Origin: Eledone cirrhosa
Lineage: Eukaryota
Direction: 5' to 3'
Length of the DNA: 64,000 nucleotides
Assembly (NCBI GenBank): GCA_964016885.1
Contig: OZ024743.1
Span: 258,354,001 to 258,418,000, forward strand
Position 1 is the stretch's first letter, and every line of letters starts with the position of its first letter. A program made the position numbers and the translations under genes. Positions 13,277-25,797 of the stretch are shown here, one piece after another. The notes beneath the pieces were generated by a model that ran no database searches, had not been told where the DNA came from, and saw only the letters and a list, made by a program, of their open reading frames with translations.

Positions 13277-14102
13277 GTTATATAGTAAGGTGTATTATTG
13301 GTTGTGGCAAACGGTCCAATAATCTTTTGTTATTTTGTTAGCAATATTAAGTTCTCCACGCTTTTGTATATCTCCAATTCCATTTAGGGGAACAGCTAGA
13401 TGATGTAAAACGGAGTCTTTGTATCAAAATAAAGATCCGAAGGCATGGTATAAATTTCCAATCATTTTAATCACGACACATGTTTCAATAAGAGATAGAT
13501 CGATCGTGTAGCCATGATCGATTATCACTGATCTCGTCAGGTGAAAATGAATTGTCTTCAAATCCTTGATATGAGGGAGAAAATTAACGGTGTTCACTCA
13601 CAGAGTTTAGTCCCTCATATGAAGATCAAGCAGTCAACACACGGCGATTGCTATCGTCCTCAGTTAGGGTCATAAAACTATCAAGTCTCTATTCCCAATA
13701 GCTGTAAAAGACGCGGGACATCAATCAGATCTGTAGAATTACAGTCGGTCACAGTTAATGTGAGTGGGTACACACACACTCACATACATACGACGCGATT
13801 TGATTGATGTCCAGCGTCTTTTACAGATATTGGGAGATAGAGACTTGATAGTTTTATGACCCTAACTGAGGACGATAGCAGTCGCCGTGTTTTGACTGCT
13901 TGATCTTCATATGAGGGACTAAACTATGTGAGTGAACACCGTTCATTTTCTCCCTCATATCAAGGATTTGAAGACAATTCATTTTCACCTGACGAGTTCA
14001 GTGATAATCGTTCATGGCTACACGATCGATCTATCTCTTATTGAAACATGTGTCGTGATTAAAATGATTGGAAATTTATACCATGCCTTCGGATCTTTAT
14101 TT
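13275..14102 (-). mobile_element. Fold-back PLE remnant with ~305-bp inverted arms
   Basis: Arms 13427-13731 and 13797-14102, 65-bp spacer, ~150-bp left extension, (TA)n flanks, HHR in each arm. Confidence 0.8.
13985..14058 (+). ncRNA. Type I hammerhead with long stem II region (mirror copy 13471-13544, minus strand)
   Basis: TCAC-CTGACGA-(~47 nt)-GAAAC-ATGT-GTC-GTGA. Confidence 0.65.
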
Positions 14103-14843
14103 ATATATATATCACAGAAAAAAAGAGAATCAGTGTTGCGACGAATGGAATTTATTGCACATATTACAGTCGTTTCTCTGGCGACCAGCTCGAGGCACGA
14201 TCAATGTGATGATCGAACCCAACTCTGAAAATCACAAGGTTTTCAGATACGTCTTGATTCTACGAAGCAGATTTTCCTAGGCATCCACCACCATTTATAT
14301 ATATATATATATATATACTATAAAGTATGTCCATAGAATCATTTGATAATATATATACACCATTTGCTCTCCCAATTAGCATAATTAACCACACAAAAAA
14401 TCAATTAGACCAGGCTATAAGATTAAAAGGCACCTATGAAGAAATAGTAGATAAATAAACGACAGCAATCTATTCGCGACCAACCGCCATAGAATATTTA
14501 CCCAACATTTCAATAGCACGTGGAAATCGATTAAATATACCGTCAACCATACACAATTAGGTATAAAATTAAAGTTAGAAGAAAAAATGCATATACACAT
14601 ACCAGGATTGCGTTTCTGCCAGTGGTGTAACTAATGGGGGGGCTCCCCCCTGGCTTTCCTGTCGGTCTAGGTGGGCCCCCAAGGCTATAATTCTAAACAC
14701 ATAACTTAACAACGTAAAGAAAACGCTTAATCTCTAATAAGACTAGAAGTTAAGACCAATCTCTTGTTTATTTAAAAAATATAATATTTCGGATAAAATA
14801 GCAACTGCATCTAAAAAGAAGTGTAGACAATATTCCGTCGAAT

Positions 14844-15048
14844 AAAAACGTTAAATTTTTTTTACTTGCTTTCCCCACATCTTATTTAGTTGGATCAGGT
14901 TTCAGTCAGGTGATGCATCTGCTTTCAAAAAGTCAAAATCGCCTTGATATAGAAAGAAGAGGTGATTTACGACTATCTCTAACGACTTTCATTCACACCA
15001 AACATTGACAAATTAGTAGACTTGCATCAATCACAGGGATCTCATTAA
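14844..15048 (+). pseudogene. C-terminal fragment of a Buster/Charlie-type hAT transposase
   Basis: FLLAFPTSYLVGSGFSQVMHLLSKSQNRLDIERRGDLRLSLT..(frameshift)..PNIDKLVDLHQSQGSH*. Confidence 0.75.
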
Positions 15049-15820
15049 AAACCGATTATTATATTCTTTGATTTGTAAATATAAATAAATGATTTGATAT
15101 CTAAATTCTATATTATTCTATTTGTTTGAAATGTTGTAATACATGCTTATGTTATTCTCGATACTCAGGTTTTTAACCTAATATTTAATTAAAAGTATAA
15201 TTAGGCATGAGTATATACACACAAATATATATATCTATATATTGTGTGTATATATAGAAAAAATATATATAATATTTTTATTTATGTTGTTACTTTTTAT
15301 CATTAGTCACATTTTAGAACAATTTGGTATTTGCGACATTTCCTGGACTTTTGCTCTGTTTTGTTTTTCGTCGATTATTTGACGTGTTTTACATTCTTCG
15401 GTGTTGAATATCAAATCAAGCAAATTGCAATATTCCAAGTGTATCAATATAGTGCTCATTGTGGGTATGGTGTGGTGTGTAGTGGCCGGAGGCTGGGCGT
15501 GCTTGACCGGAAGCGTGCTCGACCGGAAGGGCGAGCAGATGTAACGTCAGCTTGAGAGGCCCCTTTCTCTTCTACGGCGGTCATCGGACTGAGACAGACG
15601 TGTGATTTGAGGCTGCGATCGGCGAGCTGGATTGTACACACGTGGAAGAGAGGAAAACCAGTCAACGACTTTGCCAGGACCAGAGAAATGCGGTAAGTGA
15701 AGTGGCTTTCTAATCACAAGCTATTTCGGCACTTAAAGACTTATAGAAAAAGGAAAAAGGAAGAATTTTATTTTAAGACAAAGCCACTGGAAAACAGTGT
15801 CAATATAGGGCTCATTAACA

Positions 15821-18506
15821 ATGCTGCCTAAAAAAACTTACAAAACTGGAGCAACAAAGAGGAGAGAAGCTAGAAAAGCTGCCACGGAAGAATCTGCAAA
15901 GAAATGTCATCTAATCACAAGTTTTCTGAAAAGTCAACAGTCTTCGTTAACAAGTAGTGACGCATTCCAAAGCAACGTAACTGCCGGAATTTCCGGCGAG
16001 TCGGTCTGGTCAGATGAACTGGAGGAACAGAAAAGCACTGGAGAGTCACGAGAACCTGACGTCGAAGATGCCACAGGTCCATCGACTATCTCAACAACCG
16101 TCGTAGTCACTGAAGATGTAGTCCCAACTGGGGATCCGAGCTCAATAGAGGGAAAAATGGCTGTATCGGAATCTGAAAATGAAAATGATTCAGATGAAAC
16201 TACATTGGCAAAACAAATCCCAGAGTATGAGCCAGTAGAATGCATGTTGAATTTACAAGAGAAGTATCCAAGCGACCCGAAACATTTCGAGGACAGACCA
16301 TTGACGACACCTCTAATTCGCGCCCTCATGGCCGTTGGTCCTTGTCAGTCAGGATTGAAAGATAATTATGCTGATTTCCCTCTCGACTCGAATCACAGAA
16401 AATTCAACATCAGTTGGTAAAAGAGAAAGTGTGCTGGAATCCATAAAGTTGACCGACACTGGTTAGTATACTCTCCTGAATTCAACAGACTATATTGCTT
16501 TTGTTGTTGGCTGTTTGCTGATAAAAATGCCGAATCTTACTCGAAGACTTGGGGTAATTCAGAGTGTGGGATGGCAAACTTCAAAAAGGGAATCGAAAAA
16601 ATTTCCAAGCATGAGAAAAGTGCCATTCACATCAATTCACAAAAGCAATACTTCATGACAAAATATCGTTTGGACGCAGATAAAACAGTGATCGAAAACC
16701 TCATCCATGAAGAGAAGAAGCGAATTGAACGAAATCGCCAGATATTGAGGCAATTGCTTGATTGTACGTTATTTCTCGCAAAACAAGGCCTGGACTTGGC
16801 GCCAAATCAGAAAATGAAGGAAACTTTATTGAATTGTTGAAATTGATGGCGAAGTATGATACGATCTTGGAAAGACATTTATTCTCGCCTGGGCGCACTA
16901 AAAGACAGCCTATGTACTTAAGTCCAAAATTACAAAATGAATTCATAGAATGCCTTGCAAACGAATGTACTCAACAAATAATCACGGAAGTGAAAGCGGC
17001 AAAATACTATTCAATCATCGTCGATTCCACAATAGACATTTCGCATCAGGATCAATGTTCTGTGTCACTGCGATATGTATCGAAAAGTGGCCACGCACAG
17101 GAGCATTTCCTGTCGTTTTGTGAACTAGAATCAGCAGCCACTGAATCATTTTACGATACGCTTGTGAAAGTTCTTTTCCAGGATCTATCCTTGGATGCTC
17201 AATATATTAGGGTACAATCTTACGACGGAGCGTCGAATATGTCTGGCCATATTTCTGGACTTCAGGCTAGAGTTAAAGAGCGATGCTCTTCGAAAGCTGT
17301 TTACGTCCATTGTTGCGCTCATAACCTGAACCTGGTGTTAATCGATGCTAGCCAATCGTCAGTGGATGGTAAATTATTTTTTGGTATATTGGAGAGCCTG
17401 TATGTTTTCTTAACATCAAGCTTGCCAAGGCTGAAAATCCTCGAAGAAGAACAAGAAAAACTATTGACTTCAACGGTATTAACATTAAAAAGACTCTCAG
17501 ATACGCGCTGGTTTAGTCAGATTCAGGCTGTAGAGGCTACCATTAACAACTTACCGGCAGTAATAAGTGCACTAGAGAGGATAATAAGTGGGGAGTCCAC
17601 AACACTGCTCCGAAAGTAGTAGCCGAGGCCAGAGGTTTGCTACTAAATGTGAGCAAGTTTGAATTCATTTTCATGCTGAAGCTTTTTCAGAATTTACTTA
17701 AAAAGCTGCATTCTGTTTCACAATATTTGCAGAAGGAGGCTATCGACTTATATTCCGCGGACGTCATGATTAAAAATGTAGTAAAAGAAATTGACGACAT
17801 CCGCTCAAATGAATATTTTGACCGAACATTATCAGACGCCCAAAATCTCGCCGAGCAATGTCAAGTTGAACCAGAGTTTACAACAGAAAAACGAAAAAGA
17901 AAAAAGAAGCGTTTTCATGACGAAAATGCCAGTGACGAACCTCATGAGACGATGAGTCAGCATTTTAAACGGGACGTTTATTTCACTATCTTAGATAGAA
18001 TCATTAGTAGCTTTAACGAACGTTTTGCCGACTTGCACGATCTAGTGAAGGATTTTTCGTGCTTGATACTGGCGCACTTCGACGACACATGCAATAGAGA
18101 GAGAATCGATGATCTTGTGAAATTCTACGAGGGTGACATCGAAAATGACGCTATCTTCGACGAGTATTTATCATTCAAAGATTTTTACAAGGAAGTGTGT
18201 TTAGATAAATCCATATCGAGTTCTGAAATCGTTCCGTTTATGATTTCTAATGACTTAGATAGAGCCTATCCGAACGTGTTTGACTTAAAGAAAATGTTCA
18301 TAACTATTCCGGTTAGCTCGGCGCAGGCTGAGCGAACCTTCGGCGGGCTCAAACTGATAAAGAATTATTTGCGTAGTACCATGAGTGAAGAGCGGTTGAA
18401 TGCTCTGGCAATGATATACATAGAGCGAGAACTGGCTGAAAAAATTGACTTCAGCATCGTGATTGAAAAACTTTCTAAAGTAAAACATCGTAAATTAGAA
18501 CTGTAG
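15821..18506 (+). pseudogene. Disrupted hAT transposase (TTF zinc finger, DUF4371, C-terminal dimerisation domain; ZMYM1-like)
   Basis: WLVYS..YCFCC.LF..HEKS..H, SIIVDSTIDISH.DQ, YDGASNMSG, VHCCAHNLNL, LSDTRW, SSAQAERTF.LK.IKNYLRSTM..RL..LA; one in-frame stop at 16418-16420 and frameshifts near 16795 and 17610. Confidence 0.92.
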
Positions 18507-18844
18507 AACAAGTGATGTGCTCGAAAATGAAAGTAAAGTTTTAGATGGACGATTTGTTGTACATACGAATTTTCGTTGGTGAATAATCGATTGCAAAACT
18601 AGTTTTATTGGATGTTGTTTTTTTTCTGAAGATAGACCACCGTCTTCGCAGTTAATAAAGTTTTCACGGCACATGCTAACTCTGTAATCTATGATGCTGT
18701 CTACTCTATTATAAATTTTTATCTATTCTATATGCGTGTATGAACATATTTCCTTGCAGCCGATGGAAATGAGCGTATGGAATTGGTGGGCCGCCTTTAG
18801 ATCGAATTTGCCCCTCCTGGCTTTAAAAGCTAGTTACGCCACTG

Positions 18845-18923
18845 GTTTCACCCTAGGATTTCGTTCGCTTTTGGAAATATCGTATTAAGGATAAAATCTC
18901 GAGCTTCGAACTCATCAGGAAAC
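18845..18923 (-). ncRNA. Type I hammerhead ribozyme, damaged at the cleavage site
   Basis: Minus strand: GTTTC-CTGATGA-GTTCG...CGAAC-GAAA-TCCTAGGG-T(A)-GAAAC; the intact 3' half in the second copy reads GAA-ACCCTAGGGT-A-GAAAC. Confidence 0.75.
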
Positions 18924-19840
18924 AAAATCATTTGGACAAAGAATTTTCTAAAGTGATCCCTGCCAGAAACGAATTCAAAATGGCTAAGAACTGTGACGTG
19001 GCAGTGGTCAAGTCAGAAAGAATGTGATTGGTTGCTTACGGCGAGTGGGCTGGTTGCTAGAAAGCGCAGCCTAATATTGCCCAAATTGCATCTCAACCTT
19101 ATGGGAGATTATTAAATATAAAGATTACATATACACAAACTAGACAAAGTCACAGATATATATGTTTTGGAAACCATTCGCGATGTGGCTCAATAATGAA
19201 TTAATAAATTAAATAATCAAAGCAATATACTATAAAGTATGTCCATAGAATCATTTGATAATATATATACACCATTTCCTCTCCCAATTAGCATAATTAA
19301 CCACACAAAAAATCAATTAGACCAGGCTATAAGATTAAAAGGCACCTTTGAAGAAATAGTAGATAAATAAACGACAGCAATCTATTCGCGACCAACCGCC
19401 ATAGAATATTTACCCAAAATTTCAATAGCACGTGGAACTCGATTAAATATACCGTCAACCATATACAATTAGATATAAAATTAAAGGTAGAAGAAAAAAT
19501 GCATATACACATACCAGGATTGCGTTTCTACCCTAGGGTTTCGTTCGCTTTATATATATATATATATATATAAAGCTATATGTTGTAATAAATTATCAGG
19601 ATATAAATTTAGCTACACACTTCAAAGCACACTGCATACACTGCTATATTTTTCTGTCTTAGAATTCTTCCTGCCTCTAATACACATTCTGAAATTTGTG
19701 TTCTTGCATTCTAGATGCTGCTTTACTCCATATAACCATCTATACAACATTTTCATCACCTGTTAATAATATATTTCTATAACTTTTGTCTCCTCAGTGT
19801 AACATTGAATATGACTTTACTTAACTATTTATACCAACTC

Positions 19841-20325
19841 CATCATCATCATAAGTCCATTTTTTTCATGCTTGCTTGTGTAAGACAGGTTCTACCCAAC
19901 AGCTTCTTTCCACTTGTTGCATTTCTTCGCCATCTCTTTTGCATATTTCATGCCAATTCTCACCACCTCTGTCCAGGTTTTTCTTTCTCTTCTACTTTGG
20001 AAGCTTCCATTCACTTGCTGTGGTTATCATTCATGTGCACCATGTGTCCATACCAGTTTAATCTCTTATGCACTTCACCTTATTCCTCTAATGCCCAGCT
20101 TTTCTCTCAGGTCCTCTGTGCTTCGACTTTCATGCACACTATCGAAACACATCCAACAGAACATGTTTGATTTGCTACTTTCCAACCCTAGCATATCCTT
20201 TGCATTCAGTGTCCATGTCTCTCTGCCATGCAACATCATGCTTCACATGCAGGTATCATACAATCTACCCTTCACTTTGTGAGAAAATCTCTCTGTTACC
20301 AAGTGTAACAGCTCCTTGAACTTTA
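19841..20325 (-). mobile_element. Degenerate RTE LINE 3' fragment
   Basis: Minus translation KGRLYDTC..SMMLHGRETW...LREKLGIRGI with a (GAT)n tail. Confidence 0.7.
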
Positions 20326-20724
20326 AAACTAACTATACACAATTATCACTACCAGTTAATATAACACAGTTACATAACTTTTGCATCTTCATTGTAACAA
20401 TTAACAGATATTTACATAACCACCTATAAAATTATAAGTGTCACTTGCAAATGAGTATGTACCAAGCTTTCTCAAAGGGTTTTAGGTGCCCATACAATTG
20501 CGAGAAAATACAGACATCCTTTACACCTTCCCAACTTTGATCCAACAGAACACCCAGGATATGACAACTAGAAGTAAGATGTGCTGCACCAGTACTGGGC
20601 GGTTTATTTTTTTGTTGAGCAGGGAAGTGTGAAAGGTAAAATGAATCTTGGTAAGATTTGCACTCAGAAGACAGAGACAGGGAGCAAATATCCAATATTC
20701 TAATGACTCCCAAATCGACTAACT

Positions 20725-21150
20725 ATATAACCATCTTTATCATCCCAATACCATCACCAGTTAATATATATCACAGTGGTACAACTTTTATCTCTTCACT
20801 GTAACAGTTATCTTAACCTTACATTACCATCTTTACCATCTCAATACCATTATATCATCACCTGGGAAAAGCGGACGTAAAATGATGATAATGATACCAT
20901 TATACCATCACCAGTTAATATATATCACTGTCGTATAACTTTTGTAACTTCACTGTAACAGTTACCATGACCTTATATAACCATCCATACCATCTCAATA
21001 CCATTATACCATCACCAGTTAATATATATCACTGTTGTATAACTTTTGTAACTTCACTGTAACTTCACTGTAACAGTTACCATGACCTTATATAACCATC
21101 CTTACCATCTCAATACCATTATACCATCAACAGTAAATATATATCACTGT
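20725..21150. repeat. ~107-bp minisatellite, 3-4 copies
   Basis: Recurrent ACCATCACCAGTTAATATATATCAC...CTTCACTGTAACAGTTA. Confidence 0.75.
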
Positions 21151-21294
21151 GACATATCATATTTTCTTCATTCAGAAGATAAGAAAATATTTTGTTTGTT
21201 TGATTTTTCCTTTAACTCTTTTCATTTCTTTGCCTCTCTAAACTTCCAGTTAATTTTCTCTTTGTCTCTCTGAACTTCAATGGAACCATCCTTA

Positions 21295-21626
21295 GCTGGT
21301 TGTTGTTGTAGTGGTTATTATTGTAAGGTTTATTGTTGTTTCTGTTATTGTAGTGGTTGTTATTGTTGTGGTTGTTATTGTAGTGGTTGTTGTTGTAGTG
21401 GTTCTTCTTATTGTAATAATTTCGCTGTCATGTTTGTAGTAGTGTTTTTTGTTGTAATGGTGATTATTGTAGTAATCGGATGTAGCATTAGTAGTAGTAG
21501 TAATGATTGTTGTTATCTTCATATTACATTATAGATTTAACTTCATTAAGCAGTTGTAGTAGCTATAGCAGTTAGTAAAGTAATAATTATTGTTGTTGCT
21601 AATGTAGTTGCTGTTGTAGTACTGGC

Positions 21627-21725
<99 letters not shown>

Positions 21726-21810
21726 ATTAGTAATAATAGTTGTGACCATAGTGGCAATAGTAATAGAATCTGTAGTAGTAGTCTTACTACAAGTAGTGGT
21801 AGTAACAATC
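21295..21810. repeat. Degenerate trinucleotide tract with pure (TAG)n core (~21628-21725)
   Basis: Direct reading of the sequence. Confidence 0.9.
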
Positions 21811-22251
21811 TTTTTATTACATTCTAGACCTGACATCATCTTCCATTTACCAATATTCTCTGCCATGTAATGAGTTCCATGTAAAAAGAAATAATACCAA
21901 TTCTTAGAACAAAGCATCATATATTTTCTATTGGTTCATCGACATTTTCACTTATTTTTGTTCTTTATATTTTTACAATGGAGACTACTTTTCACTGGAA
22001 ACACTCATTTCCTATTAAATAATATCATTATCTTTGTATTTATTAATATTTCTTATACCTTCATCACATTATTTTTTATTAAACATTACCAATTATATAA
22101 ATATGTGTGTGTATGCATGTGTGTGTGTGTGTATGCATGTGTGTGTGTCTGTAAGTATATGTACATACTGATTTTTACATACTCAATACATATATATGCT
22201 AACATGGAAAACAGATGTTAAATGATATATATATACATGTGCATATTTATA

Positions 22252-22286
<35 letters not shown>

Positions 22287-22924
22287 GTGCGTGTGTGTAT
22301 GTATATATATATATATATAGTGCTATCCATAAAAATCTGCTGTGTAGACAATGTCAGACATTGAAAATGAAGGAACTGTGTTAGATAATTTCCCGATTGT
22401 TACATATTTCATAAATTCTTTGTTTTCTCTCAATCATCTCTATCTGCATTTGCCATCTCCTAGAATATTAGGGAGAAGAACACGACTGAGGTCTTTGTAT
22501 ATATTCTTTTTTTATGTGCACAGGTCATGGGTGGTAAAATGGAAGAATCATTAAAATGCTGGTCTTCTGCATTCTGAGTTCAAACCCTGCCACAGCCAAC
22601 TTTGTGTTGCATTGTCTTGAGGTCAATAAATTAAAGAACCAGTCCAATACTGGGATTGATTCTTCCTTTAAATCTTTTTCTCTCTTCCCTCTCTCTCTCT
22701 CTCTCTCTCTCTCACTTACTCTCTTTCTCTCTCCCCCCCCTCTCTCACACACACACTTACTCTCTTTCTCTAGAAGAAATCATCTGTGTTCAGACCTGGA
22801 GAGGAGATTGAGTGCCCCAGGTTTAAATGTCCAAGACATGCCATATATCACTATTTCACCCATACAACTCCATCAAGAGTTAAGGGCACAAGTCCACATT
22901 TAGACTTAGACAATATATGTAAAA

Positions 22925-23123
22925 TAAGGGTTGGCTGAAAAGTTCATAAGCTTACTACAAAGAAGTGATGCTAGAACTGTGAAATCTTACAGGCACTAAT
23001 TTCAACTCTTTTTATTAATAACTGCATTGTTTCTTTCCAGGGACTATGTTGAAAAATAACACTCATTTGGTCATTCCCAAAGAGTGTCTTGGTCAGCCTA
23101 TGAACTTTTCAACCAATCTCGTA
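22925..23123. mobile_element. Mariner-type MITE
   Basis: Imperfect TIRs AGGGTTGGCTGAAAAGTTCATAAGCT / AGCCTATGAACTTTTCAACCAATCTCGTA. Confidence 0.75.
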
Positions 23124-23128
23124 TGTAT

Positions 23129-23646
23129 GTCAGGAGCTCTTCAGTGCTACTGGTAACATGTAACCCAGTACAACCTGTGCATGGTCAGGTCATCGGTGAC
23201 TAAACCGACAACCCTACCAAGCTTGCTTGGTGAGGAGGGTGATTTTGGACACCCTGCGGGATGAAAACCAAAACCAGTCAAAACTCAGTAGAGTTATCGG
23301 CCATCCAATAAAGTTTTTTTTTGTCTTCATTAACACATCTCTCTAGGAGAAGATCACTCTGATATAAAACCTGTGACTTCATTTGCATCCAATGATGTAG
23401 ACCAGTTCTACTTTTTAGGCAAATGCATTCGATGTCCAGAGAGTGGTATTGGTCCCGTGCAAAGCCTTTCCTTACTTAAAAAAGCTTCAAGCACAGGCAT
23501 CACTTGATATGTGACATTTTTTGTGATGCGTGGTATTGCTGATCATAGGCAAGTCCTTAGCAGGACTAAAAAGCTATGTCCGTGATGATAATGTTTAAGT
23601 TTCAAGTGATGGCATTATGCAAAATCGAGTTGCAGCCATCATCATC
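23129..23646 (+). mobile_element. Interspersed non-LTR-derived repeat (related fragment at 7215-7450)
   Basis: Shares GATATAAAACCTG, GAGAGTGG.ATTGG and the CAGCCATCATCAT tail with 7215-7450. Confidence 0.5.
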
Positions 23647-25404
23647 TTCAGTCCAGCCTAGCCCATGGCATCATGGAAAAAAAGGATGTTTTAACATGAT
23701 GAGGATGATAGATATAAATAAAGGGGGAATGAAGAGGGGAGAAGGTGGGTTTGGGGTGAGCTGGCTAGAATCTTTGTCCTATTTGCTATGTAGGCAAGGG
23801 TCAACGGCTTGAATAATGAATATATAAAGTTTAAATATGATCTCTGAAATAGTTTAAATGGAAATGGTAGAAGGCTTTCGAAAGACACTAAATAAATTCA
23901 ATTAAAATCTACAACTGTAAAATTACAGTGCACATCTCATCATTTCTTTCAGATGATAAATTATTACAACTATAAAAGTAAAATCTATTTAGGTAATATC
24001 ACTCTAGAGGAAGACATCTTTATTTATTACTTAGTGTGAATTACATTTTTTTAATTTTATCTCCTTTCTTTTATTTTTCATTTAGTCTCTCTCTCCCCCT
24101 CTCCCTCTCCCTCTCTCCCTCCCTCTCCTCTCTCTTTCTCTCTGTCTTTCTCCCTCCCTCTCTCTCTCTCTCTGTCTTTCTCTCTCTGTCTTTCTCTCTC
24201 ACCCTCTCTCTCTCTCTGTCTTTCACTCTCACTCCTCTCTCTCCCTTTCTCTTTCTACCCCATCTCAAATTCTCTACAACTCCAGTCTCCACACTCTCTA
24301 TCTCTATCTCTTTCATTCCCCCTCTTCTCTCTGATTTTTAAAAATTCATTTTTGTGTTTGGGTTTATTTTACTGTCTGGTGATTGGCCATATACTAAAAA
24401 ATGATGATGATGATGGCGATGGAGATGACGATGTTGGTGGTGATAGTGGTGATGTTGATGATGGGGATGATGAGGGTGTTGGGTTGCTGGTGGGGTATTA
24501 AGGTGATGGTGGTGGAGATAGCACTGTACACAATAATTTCATTATTATTATCATTATTATAGTTGTGATGGGGGTACTGGTGATGGCTGTGGTGGTGGTC
24601 GACTAAATCACTTTATTTAACTATATATTTAAGACAACTGTTTCAAACAACTTCTCTTTAAATGTAAATCTAATTCATATATTTCATTTTGATTTGTATC
24701 TGTGATTAATAATATTGATGTTATTATTGCTGCTGATGGTATTGTTGTTTATGATATTATTATTGTTATTGCTGACGATGTTGTTGATGATATTGTCATT
24801 ATTGTTGGCAATGTTGTTGTTATTGTCATTATTGCTGCCAGTGTTGTTGATATTCAGATATTGTGAATTGCTACTAAATATTTATTTCTTTTTGCCACTC
24901 AAACAGCCAAAAATATTGCCAATATTTACTACAAGAATTATCAAGATACGTTACTATCTATTGAAGTAAGACGAAAGATGTCATTATATATATCCCTCTC
25001 TCTATGTATATATATATATACATATATATAAAGCCCCTCCCTCTCTGTCTCTCTCTCTATATATATATATATAACCCCTTGGAACTAATTAAGAATTTTA
25101 TGTACAATAATCTTTTACAGTGTTCTGCTTTTTTTCTTTCCACCATTCTACTCACTATTATTTTTATGTCATTTTGTGATAATTTATTTCCTGCTATTGT
25201 AATTAAAAATTTTAAGTTATATAGGCTTTTGTGAGTTTACAGAATAACTGTTTCTACAGTAGTTTGTAGCATAGCAGGGTACTGGAGTAGAGTGGTTAAA
25301 TGTTTAAGTTAAAGCAGCCTTGAAACTTTTCATGTTTCCTGTGGTATAAACGCTTTTGATACAAAACAGCCATCCCTGGTTTCACAATACTAAGCAGTTT
25401 ATAT

Positions 25405-25588
25405 AGTGGATTAGCAGTATCGGTAGAGGGTCGGACGCCATGCTTTCCAGCATAGTTATGTCCCCTTACGATCTGAGTTCAAATCCCGCCGAGGTTGACT
25501 TTGCCTCTCATCCTTACGGGGTCGATAAAATAAAGTACCAGTAATGCACTGGGTAATTGCTGGCCTTGTGCCTAAAGTAGAAACAATT
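25405..25588 (+). mobile_element. SINE (second family)
   Basis: B-box-like GAGTTCAAATCCC; further copies at 25667-25797(-), 48712-48800(-), 49116-49300(+). Confidence 0.8.
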
Positions 25589-25666
25589 AATATGTTTATA
25601 TTTATCTTAAAACTTCCATCATAATTTTAAGCAGAACATTTAAGCTGTTATAAATATAAGTTTAAT

Positions 25667-25797
25667 AATTGTTTCTACTTTTGGCACAAGGCCAGAAATT
25701 AACTAGTGTATTACTGGTACTTTATTTTATCGACCCCGTAAGGATGAAAGGCAAAATTAACCTCAGCGGGATTTGAACTCAGATCATAAAGGGACGT
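25667..25797 (-). mobile_element. SINE fragment inverted relative to 25405-25588
   Basis: Reverse complement of the neighbouring SINE's 3' part. Confidence 0.8.

Larger units (their letters stand above)
14620..18844 (+). mobile_element. Full-length hAT DNA transposon (Tip100/Blackjack-like)
   Basis: 14-bp TIRs CAGTGGTGTAACTA / TAGTTACGCCACTG; degenerate 8-bp TSD GTTTCTGC / GTTTC-AC versus empty site GTTTCTAC at 19524-19531; contains a transposase. Confidence 0.92.
14313..19551 (-). mobile_element. Partial tandem (~1.5 x ~680 bp) hammerhead-bearing PLE-type repeat interrupted by a hAT transposon
   Basis: 14313-14619 plus 18845-18871 match 19225-19551; (TA)n at both ends; HHR at 18845-18923. 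Confidence 0.75.

Noticed and set aside
20441-20713. 90-aa minus-strand ORF
   Set aside because: No recognisable homology; lies between copies of a local repeat.
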